This document shows positions 56,228-64,000 of a stretch of 64,000 bases of DNA, piece by piece. Location: contig CAVYTU010000002.1 in assembly GCA_963771465.1 (NCBI GenBank), forward strand, positions 69,973 through 133,972, given 5' to 3'. The notes beneath the pieces are model-generated. The model was given only the letters and a program-made list of their open reading frames with translations. It ran no database searches and was not told the DNA's origin. The translations under genes were made by a program, and so were the position numbers. This DNA is from an uncultured delta proteobacterium. GTDB taxonomy: Bacteria > Desulfobacterota > Binatia > UBA9968. Each line of letters begins with the position of its first letter. Position 1 is the first letter of the stretch.

Positions 56228-57196
56228 ATGCGAGCACTCATCGTCATTGTCCTGATCGCCATCTTCGTCCGTCCTGCCGGCGCCGCCGACAAACTCCGCA
56301 TCGGCTACGGCGCGCCGTCGGTGGCGATGTCCGTGCTTTGGATCACCAAGGAAGGAAAACTTTTCGACAAAAACGGTCTCGACGTCGAAGTGCTGTACCT
56401 GGAAAGCTCGCTCGTCCAGCGCGCCCTGATCGCCGGCAACATCGCCTTCGGCGAAATGACCGGATCGCTGATGTCTCCGCCGCGTCTGCAGGGCGCCGAC
56501 ATCGTCATGGTCGCCGGCGTTCTAAACCATCTCTTGTATCGTCTGATCGCCCGCCCGGAAATCAAAACTCCAGCCGATCTCAGAGGCAAACGCGTCGGCG
56601 TGTCGCGCTTTGGCGCCGGCGCGGACCGCGCAACTCGTCTATTGCTTTCCAAGCTGGGCTTAAATCCGGAAAAGGATTTGACCTTGATACAAGTCGGCGG
56701 CGCGCCGACCCGGCTCGCGGCACTTACCGCGAACAGCATCGACGCGACGATCGTCGAACCGCCGGATCACAAAAAAGCCCAGGACGCCGGCATGAGAGTG
56801 CTGGCCAATATGGAAGAGATGAACATTCCGTTTCAACACACCGGTCTCGTGACCACGCGGGCACAACTGGCAAAGTCCCCTGACATTTCGCGCCGCGTGA
56901 TGAAATCGTTCGTCGAAGGTATCCATCTTGCCGCGACCAATCCAGAAGTCGCCAAACAAGCGTTTCGCCGATATTTGCGCTTGCAACAAGAACGCGAGCA
57001 GGAAGACGCTTATCAAGTTCTGCGCAGCTTCTTGCCGCGCAAACCTTATCCGACCATCGAAGGTTTCAAAGCCGTCTTCGCTGAACTCGCCGACCAGATT
57101 CCCGCGGCAAAAAACGCCGACCCCAAAGACTTCATCGACACCCGATTGCTAGAAGATCTTGACCGCAGTGGTTACATCGACGGCTTGTACAAGTAG
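56228..57196 (+). CDS. NMT1/THI5-like ABC-type periplasmic substrate-binding protein (NitT/TauT family)
   Basis: Signal peptide MRALIVIVLIAIFVRPAGA. LRIGYGAPSVAMSVLWITKEGKLFDKNGLDVEV. DLRGKRVGVSRFG. Confidence 0.75.
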   Translation: MRALIVIVLIAIFVRPAGAADKLRIGYGAPSVAMSVLWITKEGKLFDKNGLDVEVLYLESSLVQRALIAGNIAFGEMTGSLMSPPRLQGADIVMVAGVLNHLLYRLIARPEIKTPADLRGKRVGVSRFGAGADRATRLLLSKLGLNPEKDLTLIQVGGAPTRLAALTANSIDATIVEPPDHKKAQDAGMRVLANMEEMNIPFQHTGLVTTRAQLAKSPDISRRVMKSFVEGIHLAATNPEVAKQAFRRYLRLQQEREQEDAYQVLRSFLPRKPYPTIEGFKAVFAELADQIPAAKNADPKDFIDTRLLEDLDRSGYIDGLYK

Positions 57197-57276
57197 AGGA
57201 ACAATCGCCGCGGAGACGCCGAGAACGCATAGGCGGAGGCGCGCTTTGATTTGGATCTAACTGCGAATAATCCGGG

Positions 57277-58950
57277 CTAGTTAGTGAAGAAGGGATAATC
57301 TCGCTTGGCGCGCGCCGCGGAAACGTAACCCAGTTCAACGTCGCGTTTGATCGCTGCGCCAGCGCGCTCGTCCCGCGCGCCGTAACCGCCGCCGCCGGCC
57401 GTGAAGAACGTGACGGTCTCACCCGGATGAACTAGTAAATGGCTGAATTTTCCCGGCAGCGTTTCGGCGCTGCCATTGCGCTCAATGCGGGTCTCGTTGA
57501 CCGCGCCTTCGGCGCCGCCCAATAGTCCCCAGGGCGGACATTTGATGCGGTCGGTGTTGCGGCTCAAGAAAAAATTTTCCAGCGACCTCACCTTGACTTC
57601 GACGCCGTTGCCGCCGCGAAACTTGCCGGCGCCGCCGCTGTCGGTTCGAAACGCGTGGCACTCGTAGAGCAGCGGATAATAAAGTTCTTGCAACTCGATG
57701 GGCGTATTTTTGACGTCGCCTTGGCACATGGACACGGCTGAAGAAACACCGTCCTCGAAGGGCCGGCCGCCCCAGCCGCCACCAATGATATTCTGACAAA
57801 CGTAACGCCGGCCGGTCTTCGAGTTCATGCCGAAGATCGCGTAGCCGCCCATGTCGCCTTTGTGCGCCGCCGGCACTTGGGCAGGTAACGCCGGGGCGAG
57901 CGCGCGGAAAATTGTGTCGAGCACCGTCGGCAACGACAGGCTCCAGCCGCCGATCGGCGCCGGCCGCCGCGCGCTGAGAATTTTTCCCGGCGGCAAAATC
58001 ACCTTGAGCGCGAGAAACGAACCTTCGTTGACTTCGCGCTGCGGTGAGGTCAACGCTTTAAACGCGACCCGCGCCGCGGCCATGCCGCCGGATGAGCCGC
58101 AGTTGATGAAGCCGGGTACTTGTTCGCTGACTTCGGAGTAATCGATGGTCAGCTCATCACCGCGCACTTCGACTTTTATCTTGAGCGGAATTGTTTTGTT
58201 CATCACTCTGCCATCGTCGTCGAGAAACGACGAAGCTTGGTAAACGCCGTCCGGAATCGCGCGCACCGCTGCGCGCACCAGTTTATCGGTTTGCTCCCAG
58301 ATCGCGGCGACCGCTTCCTGAAAACCCGCGCCGCCGTACTTCTGGCAAATCTGCTCCAAGCGTTCCTCGCCGGTGCGGCAGCAAGCGATCTGCGCGCGCA
58401 GGTCACCGAACGACGACTCGGGAAAGCGAATGTTGTCCTCGATCAAACGCAGAACTTCGGTGTTCGGCTGGCCTTGCTTGTAAATTTTCACCGAGCGAAC
58501 TTGCAGTCCTTCTTCGTAAACGTCGCGCGTATTGCTGGAACCGAAACCGGTGCTGCCGCCGCCAACGTCGATCCAGTGCGCCCGCACGGCGAGAAAGCAC
58601 ATCAACTCGCCTTGCCAAAAAAACGGCGTATACACTGCCATGTTGTTTAGATGCTGGCCGCAGATCTCCGGATGATTCACTAAGAAAACATCGCCGGGAT
58701 GGATATTGTCCTTGCCGTAAACTTCGATGCCGTCCTGCACCGCCACGCCGAGGTCGGCGAGAAAGATCGGCAACGCGCCTTCGTTCTGCGACATCGTCCG
58801 CCCTTCATGATCAAGCACCGCGACGCAGTAATCCTGCACTTCGTAGATCATCATGTTATAGGCGGTCTTCTTCAGCACCGCCGACATCTCGTTAGCGGCG
58901 GCTTTCAAGGCGCAGCGGATTATTTCAACTGTAATCGGATCGACGGACAC
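57277..58950 (-). CDS. hydantoinase B / oxoprolinase family protein (HyuB-like)
   Basis: Probable GTG start at 58950, just after the upstream stop. DPITVEIIRCALKAAANEMSAVLKKTAYNMMIYEVQDYCVAVLD is the family N-terminus. Confidence 0.8.
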   Translation of the reverse strand: MSVDPITVEIIRCALKAAANEMSAVLKKTAYNMMIYEVQDYCVAVLDHEGRTMSQNEGALPIFLADLGVAVQDGIEVYGKDNIHPGDVFLVNHPEICGQHLNNMAVYTPFFWQGELMCFLAVRAHWIDVGGGSTGFGSSNTRDVYEEGLQVRSVKIYKQGQPNTEVLRLIEDNIRFPESSFGDLRAQIACCRTGEERLEQICQKYGGAGFQEAVAAIWEQTDKLVRAAVRAIPDGVYQASSFLDDDGRVMNKTIPLKIKVEVRGDELTIDYSEVSEQVPGFINCGSSGGMAAARVAFKALTSPQREVNEGSFLALKVILPPGKILSARRPAPIGGWSLSLPTVLDTIFRALAPALPAQVPAAHKGDMGGYAIFGMNSKTGRRYVCQNIIGGGWGGRPFEDGVSSAVSMCQGDVKNTPIELQELYYPLLYECHAFRTDSGGAGKFRGGNGVEVKVRSLENFFLSRNTDRIKCPPWGLLGGAEGAVNETRIERNGSAETLPGKFSHLLVHPGETVTFFTAGGGGYGARDERAGAAIKRDVELGYVSAARAKRDYPFFTN

Positions 58951-58957
58951 ACGCACC

Positions 58958-60007
58958 TCACAATCCCTTTCCACCCGCAACGCGGGCGAAAAAACCTTCT
59001 CGGCGCAGTTCCTGCAACAAACCGTTGTCGAAAAACTCCTCCGCTTTGGCACTCTTCGCTCCCGCCCCACCGGGCTGGGTGGCGAGAAACTTGAGCACCA
59101 CGCCAATCCCCTTTTCGTCGGTCAACGGCGGGAAAGAAAACAATTTAGAGTAATATTCGTAACTGCGTTTGGCGATGACCTCGTCGGTGATGCGCATATA
59201 CTTTTTCATGATTGGTAGGCTGGTCTCGACATCGGTTTTGAGGACGTGGATCGCTTCGACATAGGCCATCAACATCCGCTTGACCAAGTCGCGATTATTG
59301 CGCAGCAGTTCCTTGCGAACGACCAATCCGGATTGGGGAAAGGGATCGGAACCGGTGGCGAAATCCGCCAGCGGCGTAAGATTGTACTTTTCTGCTTCAA
59401 AACTAAACGGCGGCGCCAAGACCGTCGCATCGATGGTGCCGGCGACCACCGCGGCGAGCCGCGGTTGGGTTCCTGGAATCGCGAGAACGGTGACCGACTT
59501 CGGATCGATGCCCCAACGTTCCAGCGCATTGAGAAAAAAGAAAGTGTTCATCTCGCCCGGACCGACCAGCCCGACGGTCTTGCCAACTAGATCCTGCGGT
59601 TTTTTCACCGTCTTCGGTTGACCGACAATGCTCACCGTCGGCCGGTTCGTCGAAGTCGCGATGATTACGAGATCGCCACCCGCCAAGTTGGCCTGCACCG
59701 GCGCGACGCCAGCGCTCTGCGACAGTTGCAGCGCATTGGCCAACAGCGCCGCCGTACTGCGCGCGCCACCGGCGATCCGCACCAACTCTGAAGTCATGCC
59801 GTACTTGGCGAACAATTTAAGTTCATGAGCAACCCAAATCGGCGCCTGATAGCCCAACTCGCCGCCGTAGCCCGCCGTCATCTTCACCGGCGCGCTGACT
59901 TGGGCGCTAAAGGAAATCCCGTGCACCATGAGCGCGACGAATAGACCGAATAATAATGCCCAAGATTTTCCAGACACTTCTAACCCCTTACTTTTTTTCC
60001 GGTTCAT
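58958..60007 (-). CDS. NMT1-like ABC-type periplasmic substrate-binding protein
   Basis: Signal peptide (SWALLFGLFVALMVHGISFSAQV). DLVGKTVGLVGPG motif. The start overlaps the nitroreductase 3' end by 20 nt. Confidence 0.7.
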   Translation of the reverse strand: MNRKKSKGLEVSGKSWALLFGLFVALMVHGISFSAQVSAPVKMTAGYGGELGYQAPIWVAHELKLFAKYGMTSELVRIAGGARSTAALLANALQLSQSAGVAPVQANLAGGDLVIIATSTNRPTVSIVGQPKTVKKPQDLVGKTVGLVGPGEMNTFFFLNALERWGIDPKSVTVLAIPGTQPRLAAVVAGTIDATVLAPPFSFEAEKYNLTPLADFATGSDPFPQSGLVVRKELLRNNRDLVKRMLMAYVEAIHVLKTDVETSLPIMKKYMRITDEVIAKRSYEYYSKLFSFPPLTDEKGIGVVLKFLATQPGGAGAKSAKAEEFFDNGLLQELRREGFFARVAGGKGL

Positions 60008-60773
60008 CCTTCCCCACATACGACTGCCGATACGTCTGCAACGTCTTACCGCGCAGCTCGTAGAGAAACTGAATGATCCGCTCGTTGCTCATGAATTTGT
60101 CTTGTTCGTAATGATCGTGATGGACAATTTCTTCCAGAGGCCGGCGCACGCCTTCCGACGGTTGCACTGCGGGATAGCCGATGGGAATGATCAGATACAG
60201 CATCATCAAGTCCGGCACGCCGAGAACTTTTTTAAACGGCTCTTGGACGTGGATCGTCACCCATTGTGTTGCCAGACCAAGCGACACCGCCGCCAGATGC
60301 ATGAACGTGCAGGTGTTCGCCAAGCCGTCGGTGAGATGCGATTGGTCGCGGCCGAAAGTATGCGCACCCTGCACCGTGCCCCACTGGCGCCGCCCGTCGC
60401 CGACCACGACGATCAACGCCGGCGCCTCGGACCAACCCGCGCCGCGCCGTTGCCGCTCGACGGCTTCGTCGGCGGTCATTTGATAGGCGGGATGGCGCAG
60501 TTCGAAAACTCGCTGCTGCTCCATCCAGTAAATGAAATCGGTGTTGTCTTCGGAGTAACAGCGGAAAAGATCTTTCTTGACCTGCGGATCTTTGACAACG
60601 ATATATTCCCACGGCTGCGAGTTGGCACCGGACATCGCCCAGCGGCCCGCCTCAAGAATTTTTTCGATACAGCCGTCCGGAATCGGATCGGGCTTCAGCT
60701 TGCGCACGCTCGAGCGGCGCCGAATGATGTCGTAGAGAAGATCGTAACCTGGGGTAGTAGTGTCTGCGGACAT
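59988..60773 (-). CDS. nitroreductase family protein
   Basis: GGAGG SD before the ATG at 60773. RRSSVRKLKPDPIPDGCIEKILEAGRWAMSGANSQPWEYIVV is the typical nitroreductase N-terminus. Confidence 0.8.
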   Translation of the reverse strand: MSADTTTPGYDLLYDIIRRRSSVRKLKPDPIPDGCIEKILEAGRWAMSGANSQPWEYIVVKDPQVKKDLFRCYSEDNTDFIYWMEQQRVFELRHPAYQMTADEAVERQRRGAGWSEAPALIVVVGDGRRQWGTVQGAHTFGRDQSHLTDGLANTCTFMHLAAVSLGLATQWVTIHVQEPFKKVLGVPDLMMLYLIIPIGYPAVQPSEGVRRPLEEIVHHDHYEQDKFMSNERIIQFLYELRGKTLQTYRQSYVGKDEPEKK

Positions 60774-60887
60774 GTTTGAACCTCCGAAGTCTGGAAACAA
60801 TTGATTTGCAGCTCAGTTCTTATAGCTGACAACACAGATTGGCTTCAATCACCCACTACGCTAGATCCTGCACACCGAGTTGCGCAG

Positions 60888-60927
60888 CACCCCTATCCTA
60901 ACCTTCCCCCATCAAGGGGGAAGGAAC
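60888..60927. repeat. 40-nt hairpin-plus-tail element, inverted copy (cacccctatcctaa + ccttccccc-atcaa-gggggaagg)
   Basis: Read directly. It is the reverse-complement relative of 55010-55048. Confidence 0.6.
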
Positions 60928-60943
60928 CTGAGCCGCCATCGAA

Positions 60944-62317
60944 TTAAGACCTTGTTGCTAGCGCGGCAAGCGTTGGGGCTAACGAATTTCGCGCGTCGAG
61001 CGCCTGCACCTCATCAATTACCACCCGCGATTTACCCTCGCCCAGCAGCGGCGCAGCCAAACCAAGAAACTTCTCCTCGACATCCTGGCGCGTCATTGGA
61101 TTTTCGCTCTCGCCTTTCGGAGCGATAATCTGTTCCATATGCTCGTGACCGCCGGCGAGTTTCACGGTCACTCGACCCGGCCAGTATTTGGGGAAATAGC
61201 GCTCAAGCTCCGCGCTGGCGCTGACCTTTACTTTGGCCATCAACTGCCGCACTTGCTCGCTCTGCAAATACGCTTCTTCGAATGAAGCCAAGTCGATCTT
61301 ACCCCTGAGCGCGGTCACGGCCATCACGTACTGTCCGCTGCCCAACGTCGCCGCGCGTAAAGTCGGCGTCGCGGGGCGATCGATCATGCTGACATTCTGC
61401 GTCGGCACGGCTAACACGATTTCGCGAATCGCATCCGTACTGATTGAATATTGCGCCATCAGCTTCAGCAACGCTTCAACACCGGCATGCAGCTGGCGCG
61501 CGCAAGGATACGGCTTGAACGCCACCTCCGGCAGAAAATACCTATCGAAGCTTTGCAAAAATTCCCACCTCGGCTCGGCGCATAGCGTCAAACAAAATCC
61601 GCGCGCATCTTCGAATGCGCGCTTCGGCCCGCTCAGTCCTTGTTCCGTGGCGAGTAGCGCGAGAATTCCATTCTGCGCGGCGCGGCCGAAAGCGACATGG
61701 CGCGCCGTAGCGCCTTCATCGCCGCCGGTGAGCATGCCGCCGGAGTGAAGCGCAGCGATGCCGAGCGCGTTTGCCGTCTGATCGGCTGGCCAAACCAAAA
61801 ATTTCGCGCCCGCCGCGGCCACGCCGAAGGCGCCGCAAACCGTGCTCGGCCACCAACCGCGCGCAAAGAGTTTCGGCGCGTCGATGGAGAGCCCGACACG
61901 CGCGATGGTTTCGTAACCGGCGACCGTCGCATCGAGAAAGCGCCGCCCGCTGCCGCCATATTTCTCTGCCATGGCGAGCAACGCGGGAATGATCATCCCG
62001 CCAATGCAAGTCGCCGCGCCGCCGTGAATGTCGTCGAGTTCGGCGCAATGCGCCGCCGTCGCCATCGCTTGGACGGCGTCGAGATAGGATACCCGCAAGC
62101 GCGTGCCGAGCAGAGTCGAAGCAACATTGCCGCCGCTTGCCGCCACCGCCAAATGGTACGCACGTTTTGCCGGCTCTAAACATGAGCCGGCGAGCACACA
62201 ACCGAGAGAGTCGAGGATATGAAGTTTGGCCGCGTCAATAACAGGCGCGGGAATCTGCTCGAAGCGTAGCTCGGCAAGATGACAGGACAGTAGTTCGCTA
62301 AGGGTTTTATCGGGCAT
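60944..62317 (-). CDS. MmgE/PrpD family protein, second divergent paralog
   Basis: 457 aa. AAKLHILDSLGCVLAGS..., ATAAHCAELDD and PYPCARQLH are family motifs. Confidence 0.8.
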   Translation of the reverse strand: MPDKTLSELLSCHLAELRFEQIPAPVIDAAKLHILDSLGCVLAGSCLEPAKRAYHLAVAASGGNVASTLLGTRLRVSYLDAVQAMATAAHCAELDDIHGGAATCIGGMIIPALLAMAEKYGGSGRRFLDATVAGYETIARVGLSIDAPKLFARGWWPSTVCGAFGVAAAGAKFLVWPADQTANALGIAALHSGGMLTGGDEGATARHVAFGRAAQNGILALLATEQGLSGPKRAFEDARGFCLTLCAEPRWEFLQSFDRYFLPEVAFKPYPCARQLHAGVEALLKLMAQYSISTDAIREIVLAVPTQNVSMIDRPATPTLRAATLGSGQYVMAVTALRGKIDLASFEEAYLQSEQVRQLMAKVKVSASAELERYFPKYWPGRVTVKLAGGHEHMEQIIAPKGESENPMTRQDVEEKFLGLAAPLLGEGKSRVVIDEVQALDARNSLAPTLAALATRS

Positions 62318-62394
62318 CTTCCTTTTGACTTATTCCTTCTCCCACAAGAACAATCCAGGAGCGCGATTAATTCCGTCGATGCCGATTTTTCGCT

Positions 62395-64000
62395 TCAACT
62401 CCCCACTTCGATCACCAACTGGCCGAACTCATTGACCTGCATCTCGTCGCCGGGATAAACGAGTATCGTCGCGCCCAACTCTTCGATCACCACCGGTCCT
62501 TTCAATTGGTCGCCGGGTTGGAAACCGCTGCGCAGATAAATCGGACAATCTACCGGCTGGGTCTCGAAGATCACCGGACGGCGGCCGCGTTCGCCGCGAT
62601 CTTCGGCGCGCGACGCCGTTGCCAATCGCACTTTGTTCTCGAATTTACCCAGCGCGGACAGCCGGAGATTGACCATCATCACCGGCTCTTTAGGCGCTGA
62701 ATGGCCGTAGTGTTCTTGATGTAACTGATCGAACCGTGTTCGAAGCGCGCCGAAGTCCGTCACCGTGCGCAAGTCCTCGGTCACCGGCACGGGCAACGTG
62801 TACTCTTGGCCGCGATAACGCATGTCGAGAAATCGGCGCAGAACAATCTGTTCCGTGCTACTGCCTTCCTCAGTCAAAGTTTCCGTCGCAGATTTTTCCA
62901 AGATGGCGAATGCGTCGGCGATCTCGGCGCTGGTGGTTTCGGCCAATTCGCGGACAAATGTCTGCACGTAGTCATGCTTGAGATCGGCCATCAGCATACC
63001 GAGGGCCGAAAAATGCGCCGGCATCGGCGGGATGATCACCCGCGGCACGGACAACTCGCGCGCGATAGCTATGGCGTGCAGCGCGCCGCCGCCGCCGCTC
63101 GGCACCAGCACGCAATCGCGTGGATCGTAGCCTTTCTCGACGGACACGGCGCGCACGGAGAGCGACATATTGAAGTTGGCGATGGTGAGAATGCCTAGCG
63201 CAGCCTCTTCCAATGACAAGCCGAGCGGCTTGCCGATTTTTTCCACGATCGTTTCGGCGGCTTGGTCGCGCTGCAAGCGGATACCGCTGCCGAGAAAATA
63301 GTCCGGGTCGATGCGACCGGCGATCAAATTAGCGTCGGTTACCGTCGGCGCTGCGCCGCCTTTGCCGTAGCATGCCGGACCCGGCGCCGCACCGGCGCTC
63401 TGCGGACCAACTTTCAAACCGCCGGCGGCATCGAGCCAGGCAATGCTGCCGCCGCCGTTGCCGACTTCGACGATGTCGACCACCGGCAGCATCATCGGAT
63501 GGCCGGTAACGTAGCCGCCGACGTAATAACTGCTGGTCACTTCGGGATGAAAGTCTTTGATCAAACTCGACTTCGCCGTGGTGCCGCCCATGTCGAAAGA
63601 AATAATATGGCGGCAGCCGAGCGACTCGCCGAGATGCGCCGCGGCGATCACTCCCGCCACCGGCCCGGACTCCATCATCGTCACCGGCATTTTCTTGGCG
63701 GTCTCCGCCGACATCACGCCGCCGTTGGACTGCATGACCCGAAACGTGCCGCGAAAGCCGGCGGCGCCGAGCATGTTTTCCAGCGAGACTAAGTAGCGGC
63801 GCACCAGCGGGCCGACATAGGCATTTAACACGGTCGTCGAAGTCCGTTCGTACTCGCGAAACTCGCGGAGAATTTCATGGGAGAGCGAGACGTAAGCTTG
63901 CGGCAACTGCTGGCGCAGCATTTCTCCCAGGCGCTGCTCATGGGCGGCATTCGCGTAGGCGTGCAGGAAACAGACCGCGACACTTTCGACGCCGGCCTTT
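62395..64000 (-). CDS. hydantoinase A / oxoprolinase family protein (HyuA-like), 5' end beyond the right edge
   Basis: The frame stays open to the window end (...AGVESVAVCFLHAYANAAHEQRLGEMLRQQL...). ISFDMGGTTAKSSLI ATPase motif. Confidence 0.8.
   Translation of the reverse strand, partial: KAGVESVAVCFLHAYANAAHEQRLGEMLRQQLPQAYVSLSHEILREFREYERTSTTVLNAYVGPLVRRYLVSLENMLGAAGFRGTFRVMQSNGGVMSAETAKKMPVTMMESGPVAGVIAAAHLGESLGCRHIISFDMGGTTAKSSLIKDFHPEVTSSYYVGGYVTGHPMMLPVVDIVEVGNGGGSIAWLDAAGGLKVGPQSAGAAPGPACYGKGGAAPTVTDANLIAGRIDPDYFLGSGIRLQRDQAAETIVEKIGKPLGLSLEEAALGILTIANFNMSLSVRAVSVEKGYDPRDCVLVPSGGGGALHAIAIARELSVPRVIIPPMPAHFSALGMLMADLKHDYVQTFVRELAETTSAEIADAFAILEKSATETLTEEGSSTEQIVLRRFLDMRYRGQEYTLPVPVTEDLRTVTDFGALRTRFDQLHQEHYGHSAPKEPVMMVNLRLSALGKFENKVRLATASRAEDRGERGRRPVIFETQPVDCPIYLRSGFQPGDQLKGPVVIEELGATILVYPGDEMQVNEFGQLVIEVGS

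Noticed and set aside
55010-60927. The block bracketed by inverted 40-nt elements as a composite transposon or MITE-flanked mobile cassette.
   Set aside because: No transposase, integrase or recombinase lies inside or beside it. I could identify no target-site duplication, and the elements look like ordinary REP hairpins. I kept it only as a possible rearrangement marker.

Overview
GC-rich (about 60% by eye) chromosomal segment from an unidentified, probably uncultured environmental bacterium; I cannot assign a taxon from the sequence alone. It is densely coded, and I found no rRNA, tRNA, CRISPR array, transposase, integrase or phage gene. The only housekeeping block is rimP-nusA-ylxR-infB-DUF503-rbfA-truB (22.06-28.73 kb, minus strand). 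The rest is accessory metabolism and uptake: ten periplasmic solute-binding protein genes (Bug/TctC, NMT1-like and family-1 types) but only one TTT membrane component and one ABC permease. Enzyme genes include an aldehyde dehydrogenase plus aminotransferase, an orphan molybdopterin subunit, an M16 peptidase pair, a UbiD decarboxylase, a chlorite-dismutase-family protein, GTP-PEPCK, an NtrB/NtrC-like pair, thiE, TPP-dependent E1 alpha/beta, a thiolase-like/DUF35 pair, an ADP-forming acyl-CoA synthetase, an amidohydrolase, two MmgE/PrpD paralogs, hydantoinase A and B, and a nitroreductase. The most interesting items are: (1) a cobalt-type nitrile-hydratase-like enzyme encoded by three ORFs (split beta subunit), translationally coupled to pckG and lacking an activator gene; (2) a 464-aa radical-SAM-like protein with an atypical CX8CX2C cysteine triad, behind a near-consensus sigma-70 promoter; (3) several families of intergenic hairpin repeats built from tandem 6-9 nt words; (4) a duplicated ~175-nt leader module (conserved 37-nt block plus the palindrome GATATTAATATC) attached to two decayed 5' remnants of an HMGL-type carboxyltransferase gene. 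Important caveat: at least six conserved genes, including essential infB, carry single frame breaks. The assembly therefore probably contains indel errors, and neither pseudogene calls nor the split in the nitrile hydratase beta subunit should be trusted until reads are checked. All functional calls rest on motifs and family resemblance that I recognised by eye; no database search was run.
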